Assembly (NCBI GenBank): GCA_965655095.1
Contig: OZ296649.1
Location: 46,252,001-46,316,000, forward strand
Origin: Haplodiscus bocki
Lineage: Eukaryota
Length of the DNA stretch: 64,000 nucleotides
Direction: 5' to 3'
Below, in pieces: positions 48,135 to 61,899 of this stretch (position 1 is its first letter; every line of letters begins with the position of its first letter). The notes beneath the pieces are model-generated. The model searched no databases, was not told where the DNA came from, and saw only the letters and a program-made list of their open reading frames with translations. Both the position numbers and the translations under genes were made by a program.

Positions 48135-48870
48135 CGGAATTGTAATGCATGTAACATAAAAAAAAGATAACTACTTGAAAGATAAGACTGTTTGCAAAGG
48201 GTGTTACAATAAGAATAGAAGAAGAAACAAGAAGATCACCCTAATTCAAAATCAACATCTCATCTCATCTTGAGATGAAATTTGTTTTTCACGCCAACAA
48301 CCAAAAATCGATAATAATAATAATAACAATCGAAGCCTCATCATAGAATTTTCGAATTGAGGGAAAACATATCTTATGAAATATATTCTACTTCAGAAAC
48401 ATGAACCGATTTTTATAATTACAAAAAAATTAAATCAATATCCTAAAATCGAAGCTCAAACATCAGATGAAATTCAAGCATTAGAAAATTCTGAAAACAG
48501 CACAATTGTTTTTAATTACATGTTGCTGTCAAAACAAGCAAGCAATATTCATCAGTTTTCTACAAGACGGCGACACAATCAGATTTATGTATACTATTTA
48601 TCTCAAAGTTATTTCCATCTGACAAAAAATAATATTTGTAAGAAATCATATAAAAATATTTCATTTATACAAACTTTAAGGGATATCATACTTCTATTTC
48701 ATGATACGGCAGGATTAGATATGAACACACAAGAATGGAAAATACTTTCTGGCGAGGTTTGGGAAGAATAATATGAACATTTACAAATAGACCGATTCGC
48801 TAAAATAGGAGAGGGTAAATATACTATTAGAAATTGTGATAGAACTACCTATATGTTCAATGCACCCGTG
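48135..48870 (+). pseudogene. A32/FtsK-like packaging ATPase of element C with N-terminal CxxC..CxxC extension
   Basis: RSLIIEFSN*GKT (Walker A), IVFNYM (Walker B relic), TRRRHNQI, YLSQSYFHL, FIQTLRD. Confidence 0.9.
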
Positions 48871-48899
48871 ACGCAACACTTTTTTTTGATAAAATAGAT

Positions 48900-49775
48900 A
48901 TAAAATAGATATACTTATGAAAATTATGATGAATTGGAAAAAATTAGAAGAGCTGGCGTTAATACAAAATCAAGTAAAGGAAATACGATTAGAAGACAAA
49001 TTGGGTAAGCGAAGGATTGATGAGGATATCAAAAACTTTTTGAACCAGTTACTGATACAGTTAAGCAGGTTGCTTAAGGAGCGATTGCGGCTGTTAAATT
49101 TAAAACCAAAGCAATTGAAAGAAAATGTGAAGAAACAAATCATACAACTAACGAAAGAGGAGACCTATTAAAGTACGCCATCAATTTTGATTAACGATTA
49201 TTAGAACCATTTGGTGAAATAGCTAAAAATACATTCTAAAAATACAAGCCAAATTCAATTGCAGATCAATCTTATTTCAAAGAATCTCTATATGAGTAAA
49301 AAAGTACCAATTACGTTTTATGGAAAATCATTAATTTTTACTGATAGTATTAAAAAATTTGCTCCAGAAGGTGATTTTCTGGATATAATGACGACGATAA
49401 ATTCATTGCATTGTCAACAGAAGAGCCCAAGGATTAAAAACTAGTGTTGGATTTTCTAGATGAAATGAGATTCGAAATTAAACATGCTAGTTAAAAAATA
49501 CTAGAGATAAAACTTTGGTAAAACTAATTAACTCTCCCGCCATCAGAGCAGGTTCCCTCGAAAAATCAGAACCAAAAAAGGGTTCTTTGAGAGTTTTATC
49601 CTTTAACCTTTTTGAATTTTGTGATAGCTTGAAATTATAATACAAGAGAGAGAAGCCGGAATTAATTCCAACATACCTGATGAAGAAGTTTTTGCCATAG
49701 CAGATAAACTGTTAAAATACAAATGTATATCTACGAAACAGCACAGATTTTTAATTATTGAATGTTTAAACTAAA
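48900..49775 (+). pseudogene. Conserved Polinton helical protein upstream of MCP
   Basis: FEPVTDTVKQ near the N-terminus and FCDSLKL.IQEREAGINSNIPDEEVFAIADKLLKYKCIS at the C-terminus. Confidence 0.65.
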
Positions 49776-50997
49776 TGGAAAATATGAAGTTGATAGAAGA
49801 CTTTTAAAATGTGATTACATTCGTTATTCCCCTGCAGAGACATCGACAATAAACACTACTAATAGTCATATATATATCAGCATATCCCGCGGAACTTCTG
49901 TTAATTCATTGATAAATGGTTATCTTGAATAAAATGAAGATATCAAAAAAGCTGATACTTCCGGACATGCAAATGCTGATGATACAAAGTTAGGTAATCT
50001 GGGTCCGATTGCATAATTCAGTACTAAGAGCTTGACAACATCAATTGGTAAACACTCCGCAGACATTAGTCGTGCGCACATTGTTTCTTAAATTTATAAA
50101 CTGACAACTAGTGCTAAAGATACTAATGATTTGTCTACTGAATTGCATCGAGACCGTACAAGGAGACAACAATAGTTAATTATTAACAAAAATATGAAAG
50201 GTAAATATCATGTTAGATTTATGTTCAAAGAGGTTTTTCGTTCTGCAGAACTTCAAGAGAAAGTTAACTACGGGTTAGGATATAAATTAGCACTTACAAG
50301 AAATGAAGACGATACCGTTTTGAACGAAACAGAAGCAATCGCCGTTCCTAGAAATTAAGTTGATAATATTAATTGGTGTGTACCTCAATATACACCTTCC
50401 ATTGCACAACAAGGCATATTAGCTGAAGAATTTTTAAGTAAGTCACCCACTGAGCTTCGATTTATTGAAAAATTTGTCTTTATGAAAGCAGTAAATATTC
50501 AAAACATACGGAAATTCAAAGTAGGTAGTGAAGAAAGCACGAAAAATCCCATATGGATAATTGTAGGGTTTCACCAATGAGAGAAGCAGGACTCACAAGA
50601 TTTTAAAAATGATACCTTTTTTAGATTGCCAGAACGTAGAGCTCAATGCAAAGTAGGGATTGAAAAATACCCTGATGCTGGCATAATATTAAATTTTGAT
50701 GATGGTGCTGAGTTTAGTAAGAGTTATGGACTGATTAAAGATGGTTTTAGAGCTCCAACAAAAAATGACATTCTTCAACCCTATATATCAGATCATGATT
50801 TCAGTGTTGATTTTGGTTATAAATTATATGTTTTCGATATATGCTATCAGGAAATTTTTACAGCTTCTCAACCAATTAGAGTACAATTTAAAAATGATGG
50901 AGTTGTTTTTAATGTTATATATGGATATGTTCTAGTATTAGCAACTAAATCAGTAAAAGCGAGTAGTGATGGGCAGAGACAATTTGATTTAATTTGA
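49765..50997 (+). pseudogene. Major capsid protein (double jelly-roll) of element C
   Basis: YSPAETSTINT, NLGPIA.FS, KEVF, YKLALTRNEDD, INWCVPQYTPS, PIWIIVGF, EKYP, KLYVFDICYQ, IRVQF. Confidence 0.9.
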
Positions 50998-51009
50998 TGA
51001 TTATGAAGC

Positions 51010-51855
51010 TTTGATCCCTTGGGGATTTGAGTTTATTTTTTTCATTACATGTTTATTTTTTTTCACTGTTTACTTTGTCTTTCTCAATAAGGCTTCATTA
51101 TAGCTTTCTGGTAATTTATCTCGTTCGTAACTCGGTATTGTATCAATAATAATTTCTGTATTTTTAAATTATTTTTTTTGGACCAATTCGTTGTTTTTCC
51201 TTTTAAGAATGTTTTATCTAGATCTGCTGTTCTGACAAAGTGGTGAATTTTACGTTTTCGTTTCTTTTCTTCTGTCTATCAATTTTCGAAAAATTAAATC
51301 CTTTTTCTTTTCTAAAGAAGCCTGGATTTCTAGTATTTCAGCAGGAGAATGTTTTCTGTTATTATATTGTTTCTTTCTTGTGGGTAAAACGTCTACCCAA
51401 TTGCGTTCACTTGTTTCAAAATCAACCGTTTTAGGTGGATATCTGATAGTACGATTAAAGCGTTCCGCGAAAACAATTCCCAGGAATGTATTTCTAGAGT
51501 ATCTTTTAATGTTCTTGTTATTGAAGATTTTATTAAGAAAATCGGTCCAACCATCGCTTTCAACTAAATTTGGTCTTCTTTTGAAAAATTTGAGAGTGTT
51601 TCCAAAAAAACTTGTTGTTGTCTGAGCATTTTTGTTGTGTAGAAGAACTGTCCATCTAAACTTGCTGAAAGTATCAATCTTAACTGAAGTTTATCTATAT
51701 CCTCTTTTTTTTCAGGACCTTAATCCTTTAAGCCTATTATATGTAAACTCCAATTGTCATCAAGATGATAAAGAACAGTTTTTTTTGTGGAGTATTTTTT
51801 TGTGTGCTTTGGTATAAACTTCGTCTAAAAAAACTTCAATTCTTCTGTGAGACAA
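51010..51855 (-). pseudogene. RVE integrase of element C
   Basis: HLDDNWSL, IDTFSKFRWTV, PNLVESDG, VFAERFNRTIR, WVDVLP...QYNNRKHS, VRTAD....KGKTTNWS. Not visible in the ORF track. Confidence 0.92.
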
Positions 51856-51931
51856 TTATTGAAAAAAATATATTTTATCTTAAATGGAGGAGAAAATTGA
51901 GGTCTCAGAATAATTTTTCCAAGTTTTTTAT

Positions 51932-51941
51932 CCTATATAAG
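51932..51941 (+). promoter_or_regulatory. Candidate TATA box in the divergent integrase/pPolB intergenic region
   Basis: cctatataag about 20 bp upstream of the pPolB ATG at 51953; motif match only. Confidence 0.3.
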
Positions 51942-51952
51942 TGGGACGCAAA

Positions 51953-54900
51953 ATGGAAAATAGGCTTAGATGTGGTACTTGTAATACTGAAATTCATTGA
52001 ACATCTTTTTAAAAACATTTCAGAAGCACTAAACACAGAGACAACGAGATCGAAAAAAACTTAAACTTTTCCATCTAATTTTTTGAACTAAGACCTTGAA
52101 ATTAACAAAACCGAACCAAAAAAATTTTCAGTCCTAAATCTTTCAAGGAAGTAGAAAGAAAAAATATTAAAATAGATGATAAAGAACTAAATAAAGAACT
52201 AGTTAAGAAACCCTTAATCCATATTACTTCACCAACACACCAACAAAGTAATAAAAGCAGGATTTAATACAAGTTTAGATAGCAATAATTTTATTCATAA
52301 AAAACATAAACTAACTATTAGTTTACGCCAAAAAATTTGGAAACTGAAAGAATACATATGAATGTTATATTGAAAGAGATGGTTAATATATATGCAAAAT
52401 GAATAAGTCAATACAAATTTAAAGATCAAACCATGTTTTCAGCGAGATTTGATGGGCAAGATGAAGATGATTAAGTATTAGATGAAATTGAATTTGAATT
52501 TAAAATGAATTTTAATCGAAATTGAACAGAACCTGATTTTGATATTATTGATGTTAGATCCCAAATAAAACAAAAAATTCACAATCAAGAATCAAACGAT
52601 AGTATTTGGAGATTGGTAAAAATATTTCAAATATTTTTTATTTCTAAAGAACTACTGAGTTAGATGGATCAAGTTATGTAAAAAATCAGTTGATATCTTC
52701 AGCTATACTAACCACCTAAAATGAAGATAAACATTGTTTCAAATGGCCAATCCTAGCTCATCTTTATTCTATAGCAGATCAACAAATTGTCCAACCAACA
52801 ATAGTATCAAGTTACAGAAAATATTTTAATGAATTGAACATTCAAGGAAGTGATTTTACTAATGGATTTAAATGCAGCGATGTTTACAAATTTGAGAATA
52901 TAAACAACTTATCAAAAAATATGTTCGAAGTAAGAGATTTTAAAGATAACTATGATGTTTGGAGATATAGAATAGTCCCATTTGAATTTAGTAAAAATTT
53001 TTAGTATAAGTTTATTGGCTTGAAGATATTTAAAAATCAATATATTCTCAATAAAAAGTTACATGAATTTATGAGTAAACATGGGTGTAAAGTTGTATGT
53101 ACACGATGTTTGAGTTCAAATTCAAGTCAAAATGTTTCAATTAAACACAAGCAGAGATGTGAGCAACAGAAAATAACATCAATTAAAACATCACAAAAGT
53201 CTCATATGTACTGGAGAAAAATTTCATCAACTTATTTTTTTTCCAAATATATGCAAATTGGAGCTGATAATGAAATCGATGGTTCTAAAATAGGATATAA
53301 AACAACTACGATATATAAACAATACGCTCTGTGTAATTGCTATCATAAAGTATTTGAATTAAAGGATGTTTTACAAAATGGATACTGTTCATCTCCCTTA
53401 GAATATGAAATTATTGATTGGTTTGTGAAGTAGGAAACAAATTTAGAAAATAAAATGAACTTCATTCTTAAAAACACTAATTAAAACCTGATAAGGACTG
53501 AAAAAGATTAAGAACAACACGGATATATTAACTATTATCGGCTTTGTCAAAAAAATAGATTCTAACAGCGTCAGGGAACATTTCATTTAACAAGTAGATA
53601 CAGAGGCCCAGAACATAAAAAGTGTAAAAGAAATGTTAAACAGAAACAAAGTAATTTACTGCAAAAACAATTCATTTTTTCAGTAATTATGATTGGCATC
53701 TATATTTCAAAAAATTAGTTTATATGAAAATAGATAAACTGAAGTTAGATAATCTTCCTTAGTCAAAGGAATAATATGTATCAGTAACATGTGGGTGTAG
53801 AAAGTTCATTGATACCTTTACATTTTCAAAGGTAGTTTAGATAAACAAACTAATTCACTTGTTGAAATCGAACATAAATCACTTGAATAAATTGATGAAA
53901 AATTTCCTAATGATGAAACTATATTAAACAAAAGTATAGAATTAGAAGTTCTTATAAACAGTGATAAATATCAAAACGAATCTGTTGAAAACTTGAAAAA
54001 ATTTTCCCAGTTTGAACAGAAAAACTAAAAGATTTTTTATATGAAAAGTTACTTGAAAAATTTCACTCAAAATTATGAAATACAAATATGGTAAGAAATG
54101 GAGAACCATATGTAAAAAACTTGCTTAGCCTTATGAATATTTCAAAAGAATAGAAGACTTTAAACTACCTGTTAACAATTTCCAAAAAGAACACTTTTTT
54201 AGTATTTCAAAAAACGGATACCTTGATGATAAGGAAAGAGAAAGAACTTTATAAATTATGGAAGTATTTGGTACTATAAATGGTGAAGAACCAACTCAGT
54301 TATAATTAAAACTTGATGTAATTTGGTTGACAGCTGCATTTCAAGTTTTCATTAAAGTATCTAATAAAGAATACGACACCAACCCGTTTTTTTGTGTGTC
54401 TTTATTTGGGTATACTTGGGGAGTTGGTATGAAATATACTTAAATTAGGCTTCAAACACTTCAAGACAAAGATATGATTCTATTACTTGAAAACAATGTT
54501 AGAGGTGGCACAAGTAGCGATTTGGGAGACAGATATATAACATCAGAAAATAATTAAAAGATATCATACATGGATGCAAATAATTTATACGGTTGAGCGA
54601 TGATTCAAAGTCTACCTTATGATGAAAATAAATTTAATAAAAATGCTGAAGTAGAAGATATATTGAATGCTGAGGATGATTCTGATATTGGATATTTCCT
54701 TGAAGTTGATTTAAATTATCATGACAAAATAAAGGAAAAATCAAAACATTTTGCATTTTGTCCCGAGAATGAAGTTAGCCCTCAAGATATGTCCAGTGAA
54801 TATATGAATAAAACGAAATCTGAAACTTATACTCCATGTGTGAAGAATTAGACTGTGATTGGACTGATAAAAAATTATTTGATTTGCAAAAGGATGTTGA

Positions 54901-55811
54901 AATGTTATGTTAGGCATGGTACGATTTTTGAAAAAGTTCATGAAGTAATTTTTAGGCAAAGTATATGGTGTAAACCTCATATAGTTTTTAATACTCACAA
55001 ATGAGCTCTAGCTAAATCTGAAGTTGCAAAAGATTTGTCTAAATGGATGAATTGCTCTTTCAATGGTAAAACGATGGAGAACGTTAGAAGCAGTTTAAAA
55101 ATAGAACTCATCAAAAAAGATGAGGCTGACAAAGTGGTGAAAATGCAATCAAAATTAACATTCAACTGCATAAAAAAATCTCAGGACCTTTCCGATAGCT
55201 ATACATATAAACATAGTGAAATACTCATGGATAAATCCACGTATCTTGGATTTATTGTCCTGGAATTATCTAATTTGTTAATATACGAAACATATTATGA
55301 CAAGGTAAAGCCATAATTTGGAAAAGTGAATATTCAATTATATTGTATAGATATCCAAGCTTTGGTATTAAGTTTAAATACTAATGATGTCACTAATGAA
55401 TTAAAAAATCTCAAAGTTTTAGTTGTTTTCAGTAAATTAAAAAAAGATCACGAATTATTTAGCCAGGAAAATGAAAAAGATTATAGCAAGTTCAAAATGG
55501 CAACGCCTAAAAAGGAAAAGAGAGAGGAATTTGTTTGTTCAATGAGTAGAGCATCTTCATTTAAATGTGGATGTGATAAGAAAAAGAATTTAAAAGTTAT
55601 TTCTAAACCCCAATTAAAAAGTTTTAATTTTAAGGAAGATTACAATTGCCTAATTGGAAGAGAATATCAAAAAGAATGTGATAATTTTAATAAAAAATCA
55701 GGTAATCCTGATATTTATCTCCAAAAAGTACGTAAATCTACATTTTCGGCTTTTGATGAGAAACGTAAGTATATAAATAATATTGAAAGTACCCCTTGGA
55801 ATTATTACTAG
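51953..55811 (+). pseudogene. pPolB of element C (same type as element A)
   Basis: CGTC..HFRSTKH finger, CTRCL, REHFHLTSRYRGPEHKKCK (EndoVII relic), VRGGTS, YMDANNLYG, MNCSFNGKTMENVR, FDEKR..PW; colinear with 652-4329. Confidence 0.95.
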
Positions 55812-56119
55812 TGAAAGATTATAAAACTAAAAAAATTTTTGAAAAGACTAGAAACGTTAAAAACAATCATAAAATTAAAAAACACATTTTACCAGGAAAA
55901 AGAAATCTAAGGTATTATGTATTATGATAGAATTGTATCCAAATCAAAAGAAATACAATAAAATAAATTTTTTTACCGTGTTTCAGGATTTTTTCAGTTT
56001 TTGATGATAATAGTTTCAGAAAACGTTTCTAAGATTAATATTTTTGAATTGCACTTTCAGGTATATTATACTTTTCTGTGGCTTGAAAATTCATTGATTT
56101 TGACAAACTAACCGCATGG

Positions 56120-56591
56120 TATATTTTTTTCCAAAACCACAACTCAGATCACAATCCAAACCAAAACCGATATTCTAGCAAAAGTTTTCACCATTCTTTT
56201 CTCCGATTTCATTGAAATCCTTTGATACACTTTGATAAACTGGTTTGAAAAAAGCTTCCAATAAGTTTTTTATTACGCAGATGGAGAAATGAAATATGTA
56301 TGAATTTTTAAAAGTGGAGAAGAAAAAACAATGAAACTTTTATTTAATTTTGTTTTTCTATTTCATCGTCTTCCTGTGTACCCCGAATGATATAGAATAG
56401 AATAGAATATTTTTAGTTAATTTTTCTTACTCCTTTTTATGTTTTCCTGTGTATCCCCTTTTGATACATAAGATACACAATAAAAATTTTGTACCTTCGT
56501 CGTATTTTAGTTATAATTTTGATTTTAGTAGCAGTTTTTTTGGACGGTGTGGCTGTCGCGTCTGGCTTTTGATGCGATAAATATGACCACT
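56120..56591 (-). repeat. Right TIR of element C
   Basis: Reverse complement of 40581-41032. Confidence 0.93.
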
Positions 56592-57429
56592 AATGTGATT
56601 TTTGGGATTCTGGGAAAAAAATCTTGAATTTATGAAAACAACAAGACAAAGTTCAAATGATGTCATTGTTGTATAGACGGGCAACTCTAGACGTTTTTCT
56701 GATCAACCGAGAAAATGATGGAACTTTCGTTGAAAGGTGGGATGTCTAGAAATCTTCTCGAAAACCATCATTCGGAAAAAAATTGGTTAAAATTCCCAGG
56801 TGACGGACAGAAATCGCAGAGTAAGAAAATCAAAATTTGTTATCGAAAGCTCTTCTAATACATTTCTGTCAAGGCAGGTCGATGTTTTTTTCTGAATAGC
56901 GTGTTCAATATACTGGATGTCGTCGTTTGCATAGACGTTTGTTTTGATACAAATGAGTCCGTCTTTTGAAATTGGTCGGAAATTTTAACTGTCAAAGACA
57001 TGGCTCGCTAGAATATTATACATTTTCTGTCTTTAGAGCTTTGAAAACTTAGATTTTCAACGATGAAGTTTGGATAGTGTCTTGGATGACTTTCCGCGGA
57101 TTCACCAATATTGTAATGTAATCACCAATATTGTGTTCAAAATTCAAAATTCAAGGATGAGTTTCCAAACACAACCGTCTGTGGTCAACCTGGGTAAATT
57201 TAACACTTGTGCCAATGATTTGGTTAACAGATGTGCTGCTAACCCGTCAGAGGTGATGTACTGCAACTGGATAGATTAGCTTTCGTCCTTCTCCCTAATG
57301 ACTTTTTGTATCAAAAATCTTCGTTTGTTTGAGTAAAGCTGGGTTACTAGCGTTCCAATGAGCGTTCCAATAAGCTGCAGTTGACTTTCCATATAACGTT
57401 GATAAGGCCTTACTCTTCAAACTGAATTT

Positions 57430-57800
57430 GGTCAAGTCTGCTTTGATACGTATTGTCTTGAACATACTAAGCAAAAAAAAGCAAAAAAGGTTAAAACAAA
57501 TAGTTCCTGGTCATCTTTTGCTTTCTCAAGCTTCCACTTGACTTCTACTGGTGTCTTGTTTGGTTTGCAATCCTGCACAGTGAATCCTTCTGGTAAGCTC
57601 CTCACGTAATTTTCTTTGTTCAATGTGGCTTTTTGGTCAGTTCTGTCAATCCTCATGCGTGGAAACTTTTGAGAAAAGCCTCTGCAATCCATACTTTTAT
57701 ACTCGTTTCTGATTGGTGCAAAAAATAACTTATTCCGCCAGTGTCCTGACGATCCAAGGGCGCTAGAGAATGAAGTGGTCAACATTGGAATGACTGTTTT
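57430..57800 (-). pseudogene. Ty1/copia reverse transcriptase fragment
   Basis: FPRMRIDRTDQKATLNKENYVRSLPEGFTVQDCKPNKTPVE matches the copia FLGMxI..LxQxxY....F.MxDCKP..TP segment. The relic probably extends further. Confidence 0.65.
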
Positions 57801-60335
57801 CAGGAATGTTGTTTACATATATAAACAACAGCTGCAGTCGTATTGCGATACTTTTGATCAAGGTGGCACAGAAAGGATAGGTTGAACATGCAACGGTTGG
57901 TTTTATAAAAGAAACGCATTTTTGAGAGAAAAAAAGTTGTCGGTGGGAATGTTGATGGAAGAATTCAATCCAAAGTAAGGAATTAACGAGAAATCCTTCA
58001 GAGTAAGAGTCCAGTAGTAGTATGAAAGCCTCAATTCAGAACCTGAAACAAGAATTCACGGCGGTGGTTTCTGAGGAGGACGACTAGGAATTTCGAGATA
58101 TGTCCGAACTTAAATCACTGTTGCCACTTCTGGCTTTTCATGGTTCCAATTCGAAGCAGATATCATATTTTAAGATACTCAGAAATGAACAGTCTGCTTC
58201 AGGTGTAAAGCTATCGAAACTGACAACTTGATGGAAAAAAAGACATAGGTGGAGTTGAAGAAGTGAAAGTTTGAAAACCGACTTATGTCAAGACTAAAAG
58301 CACTATCTGGCATCTCTGGTCTATCAAAATTCCTTAGAGGGGTACAGTTTCAACGATTTCCTAATCAAGTGCTCGAATTCAAGTCACAGGCGTTAGATTG
58401 AGACTTTGAAGGAAGGCATCAGGTAAGGAGTTATGGGCAAAGCTGGCTTTGAAAAACGAAAAAACTCCATATTGAGAGTTACTTCAGGTTTTTTCTCGGC
58501 TCTCAGAAGTCAACCGCGATGAATGGAAAGGATGGTTACTAGCACTAATACTCCTCAAAAGCGTATACTTTTTGATTGCCATCTTGGTGGGAGAAATAAA
58601 TCCTGTAGTTGTGGTCAAAAATGACTTTGCATGCCCAGTTAAACCAAAAGTAATAACATGTTTGGAATAATCGGCTTATCAATATTCTGATGCGATAAAA
58701 AGTCAATGGTTTGATTTGCCAAAACATTTTCACAAGTTTCGAGTTTGCGGCAGAGACTAAGATGGAAAATACTAAGCCCCTAGTTACGGATAATCAAGAG
58801 TTTCAATGTCGAGATGGATCATTGTAAATAGCATTTTCTGGAAAATCCGAAGGTCAGTATTCCAATGCAAGAACCAAATTGGACAATCTTACCATAGAGA
58901 TTGTTTTCCAAATGAAAAACTCTTCCCTGAGACTAAGGTAGAAGAAATAAAGGCTATAGTTATGGGTCACAAAGGAGGATGAGTTTGGACGTCAAGAAAA
59001 TTCTTCATAACAGGTTTTTTTCCTGGAAATTTAGGACTATCCGGACCCTGATGCAACAAACAAAATCAACGGTTTTTCACCTCAATGCTCTTCTGCAAGT
59101 CTGATGTTTTAGACTGAATTCATGATGGAGGAATTGGAACTTTTGGTTGCTGAGGACTACAAGTTTCAAAAATGAGCGGTTGTAAAAAAAGTAGAACCTC
59201 TTGGAAATTTCGGACTGTCAAAAGTGATGCTAGGAACACAAGGTGACGATTCCTCAACAAAAAAATCGTTACAACTAGAATGTTTTCGATGCCAAAATTG
59301 ATCAAAGACATATAACCTGTAGTTTTGGTGAAGAATGAGTTTGAAAATTGAGAAAAACTAAAAGCAAAATGGTTTTTCTGGACTTTTCGGACTATCAGAT
59401 TACTGATGCAGGAGAAAAAAACAATGAATTTTCAGTTGAATACTCATCCACAAGTGTTTTGTTTTCGCTTCAGATTTCGATGGAGGAAATGGGGGTGGTG
59501 GTGGCTGAGAATCAAAAGTTTGAATTTCGAGCGAAATCAATTAAAAAAAAGCACTTTTCTGAAAGTTTGGACTGTCACGATTCCGCTGCATGGGTCAAAA
59601 CAAAAGATTCATTAAATGTATTGCCTCTGCAAGCGGATGATTTCTCTGGTGGACATTGGTTGAAGAAGTCAACTGCATTTTTGAGAAACATGAGCTTCAT
59701 TATCCGGACAAGTGAATAATAAGAAATAATTCTTCAACTTTCTGACTGTCAAGATTATGATCAAAGCATCAAAAACATTGGTTTGTCAACCGAATTTTCT
59801 TCTACTAATGTCAGGTTTTCAATTGGAACCTTGATGGAATAAATCAAGCTTATTGTTGTGAGCAAATCGCTTAAAATCGAAAAAAAAATTATTTTTTTTT
59901 CAATGTTTTCGGCTATCAGAATTCCCATGCGAAGAATCAAATCGGTTCTACTCTAATTCAAAGATTCAGCGCGAGTCGAAACTATCCGAGATATACCTTC
60001 ATTAGAACTTTGAACTTGTGTCTTTGCAGAAAAGTCAGTTTCAATATCAAGGAAATTCAATACTAATTGGTCTTTTTGCTTAACTCAATGTCGATATCAG
60101 AGAACGATGTGATGCAGCAGACATTTTTTCGAAAAAATGCCTTTTCTGCTTTTGGGTAGTTAAAGGTATAGAGAAAAGTAATACATAGGAAATTGGGAAA
60201 AATTGTAAGATTAGATATATTTTTAGTTAAAATTTAGCAGACATTTGACAGACTAAGTAGCCAACTTTAATTCTGACTGCTTGCTTTTCAATTTTTCTTG
60301 AAGATGTCCACTTTTCAGTTGCACTACTGTTTCCT

Positions 60336-61050
60336 CCCGGGTTGGAAAAACATGGCTGCCATGCCATGAACTTGCCATGATCATGGCAAAACATGGTCAT
60401 GATCATGCCATGATGACGGCATGGCGGCCATGTTTCCTGACATGGTCGTCATGATTCATGGCATGATTATGCTATGATTACCATGTTTTCCATGATTCAC
60501 ACCATGATCATGGTATGATCATCATGTTTTCCATGTTTTTTTGGAAAAAAATGGATTATTAGTCAATGTTTTTTCAAATAGTTGGCGTCATAAACCATTA
60601 TATGCCACAATTGACTGGTCTTAGAGGAATTTATGCCTTTAAAGTGGCGAGTCAGCAAAACTAAACGAAGCTTATTACAGACTTAGACTTTTCTTCGGTT
60701 ACAACTAAACAGCAAGTTCTTATTAAACAACAGTTTCAATATAACATACATATTACAGCTTTTTGTTGTTTTTGGTAATTTGGAATTTTGGGAGAGAGAT
60801 CCATTTTATTAAACGTCTTTTGAGTACTTTCGATGGGTTCGTCCAACATATTCTCTATAAAAAAGTAACGGACTACCACCTGCCTACTAATTAACAAAAT
60901 TGGTTGGATAATTAGCGTCTCGCCTACGACTACGTTATATTGAACACGGTCACCATGGCATGATCATGCTACTTTCCATGACGGCCATGCCATTATCATG
61001 CTTTATTTCATGATGACCATGACATGATCTTACCATGATCATACCATTGC
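60336..61050. repeat. Non-autonomous repeat with CATG-rich arms
   Basis: Dense CATG/CATGATCATG clusters at 60350-60540 and 60950-61046 around an AT-rich core; begins CCCGGGTTGGAAAAACATGG. Confidence 0.7.
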
Positions 61051-61899
61051 TATCTCCACAACTGTATATCGTATCATCTCTGTTTTCAATAAATTTGTTT
61101 TTTCTTTGTCTCAAGGAGGCAAAGGCACTCTATTGTAAGCACTGTAATGCTTCAAAAAAGGAGAACAAAAACGTTCTAAATCAATTTCAACTTGAAAGAC
61201 AGTAGAAATTGATATTTTAACCACCAATTTGTCATTCCAATCGGTGCATTTTTACAATGTAGCTTTCAATTATCTTTATTCGAATTCTGGAGCATCTGTA
61301 TCTGCAAAATATCACAGGGCTACTGCAACTCTTGTTTCTGTTCCCTAGTAAATGGTAACGAAAATAACATGTTCAATTTGGTAGGCTTGTTTTGTCGTTC
61401 CCAGTTTTAAGCAATAACCTACAGAACTTTAGAATGAAGAAGCGTTTGTATCAATGGTTCCAAATAATGGCTACTCCCGTCATCGTTATCCTGTAACAAA
61501 GATGAAGCCTGTTCGATACGATCTTTCATATTCCAAAATATGACTGAAAAATAAGTAAAGGAATTATTTAAATTTCAGGATACTGTCCTGCATAATTAAA
61601 ACACTCGCAAAACGTAAACACAGTTTTTTTCAAAAAAAAATTCATGGTCTCTCAGGCAAAGAGCTCTGATGATACCCCTTGAATTTTTTCTCGGCAAAGA
61701 AGAAGAAATTGGGAAATAGACTACTTTATTCGCATTCTGCGTAAAACTTGGCTCCAAAAATCACTAACTTTTCAACAAAGATCTTTCATTGTAGGTTTTG
61801 GAGCCAAATTTGATTCAACTTAGTAAAAAAAAACAAACTTGAAATCTGCCATTGGCAAGTAAACGTTAAAAAAAGACGCCCACAGAAAGAGGCCCAATT

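Larger units (their letters stand above)
40581..56591. mobile_element. Full-length Maverick/Polinton element C (16,011 bp)
   Basis: Begins AGTAGT and ends ACCACT. TIRs 40581-~41032 and ~56120-56591. Encodes protease, two pentons, ATPase, MCP, integrase and pPolB. No convincing TSD. Confidence 0.95.

Noticed and set aside
652-55811. Alternative genetic code or programmed frameshifting to explain the broken genes
   Set aside because: All three stop codons, frameshifts and catalytic-residue substitutions are scattered, and the TIRs have also decayed; this fits neutral pseudogenisation.
40572-56600. TSD for element C
   Set aside because: Flanks GAAATC and AATGTG do not match, nor do GTCGAA and GTGATT if the ends are extended by 3 bp.
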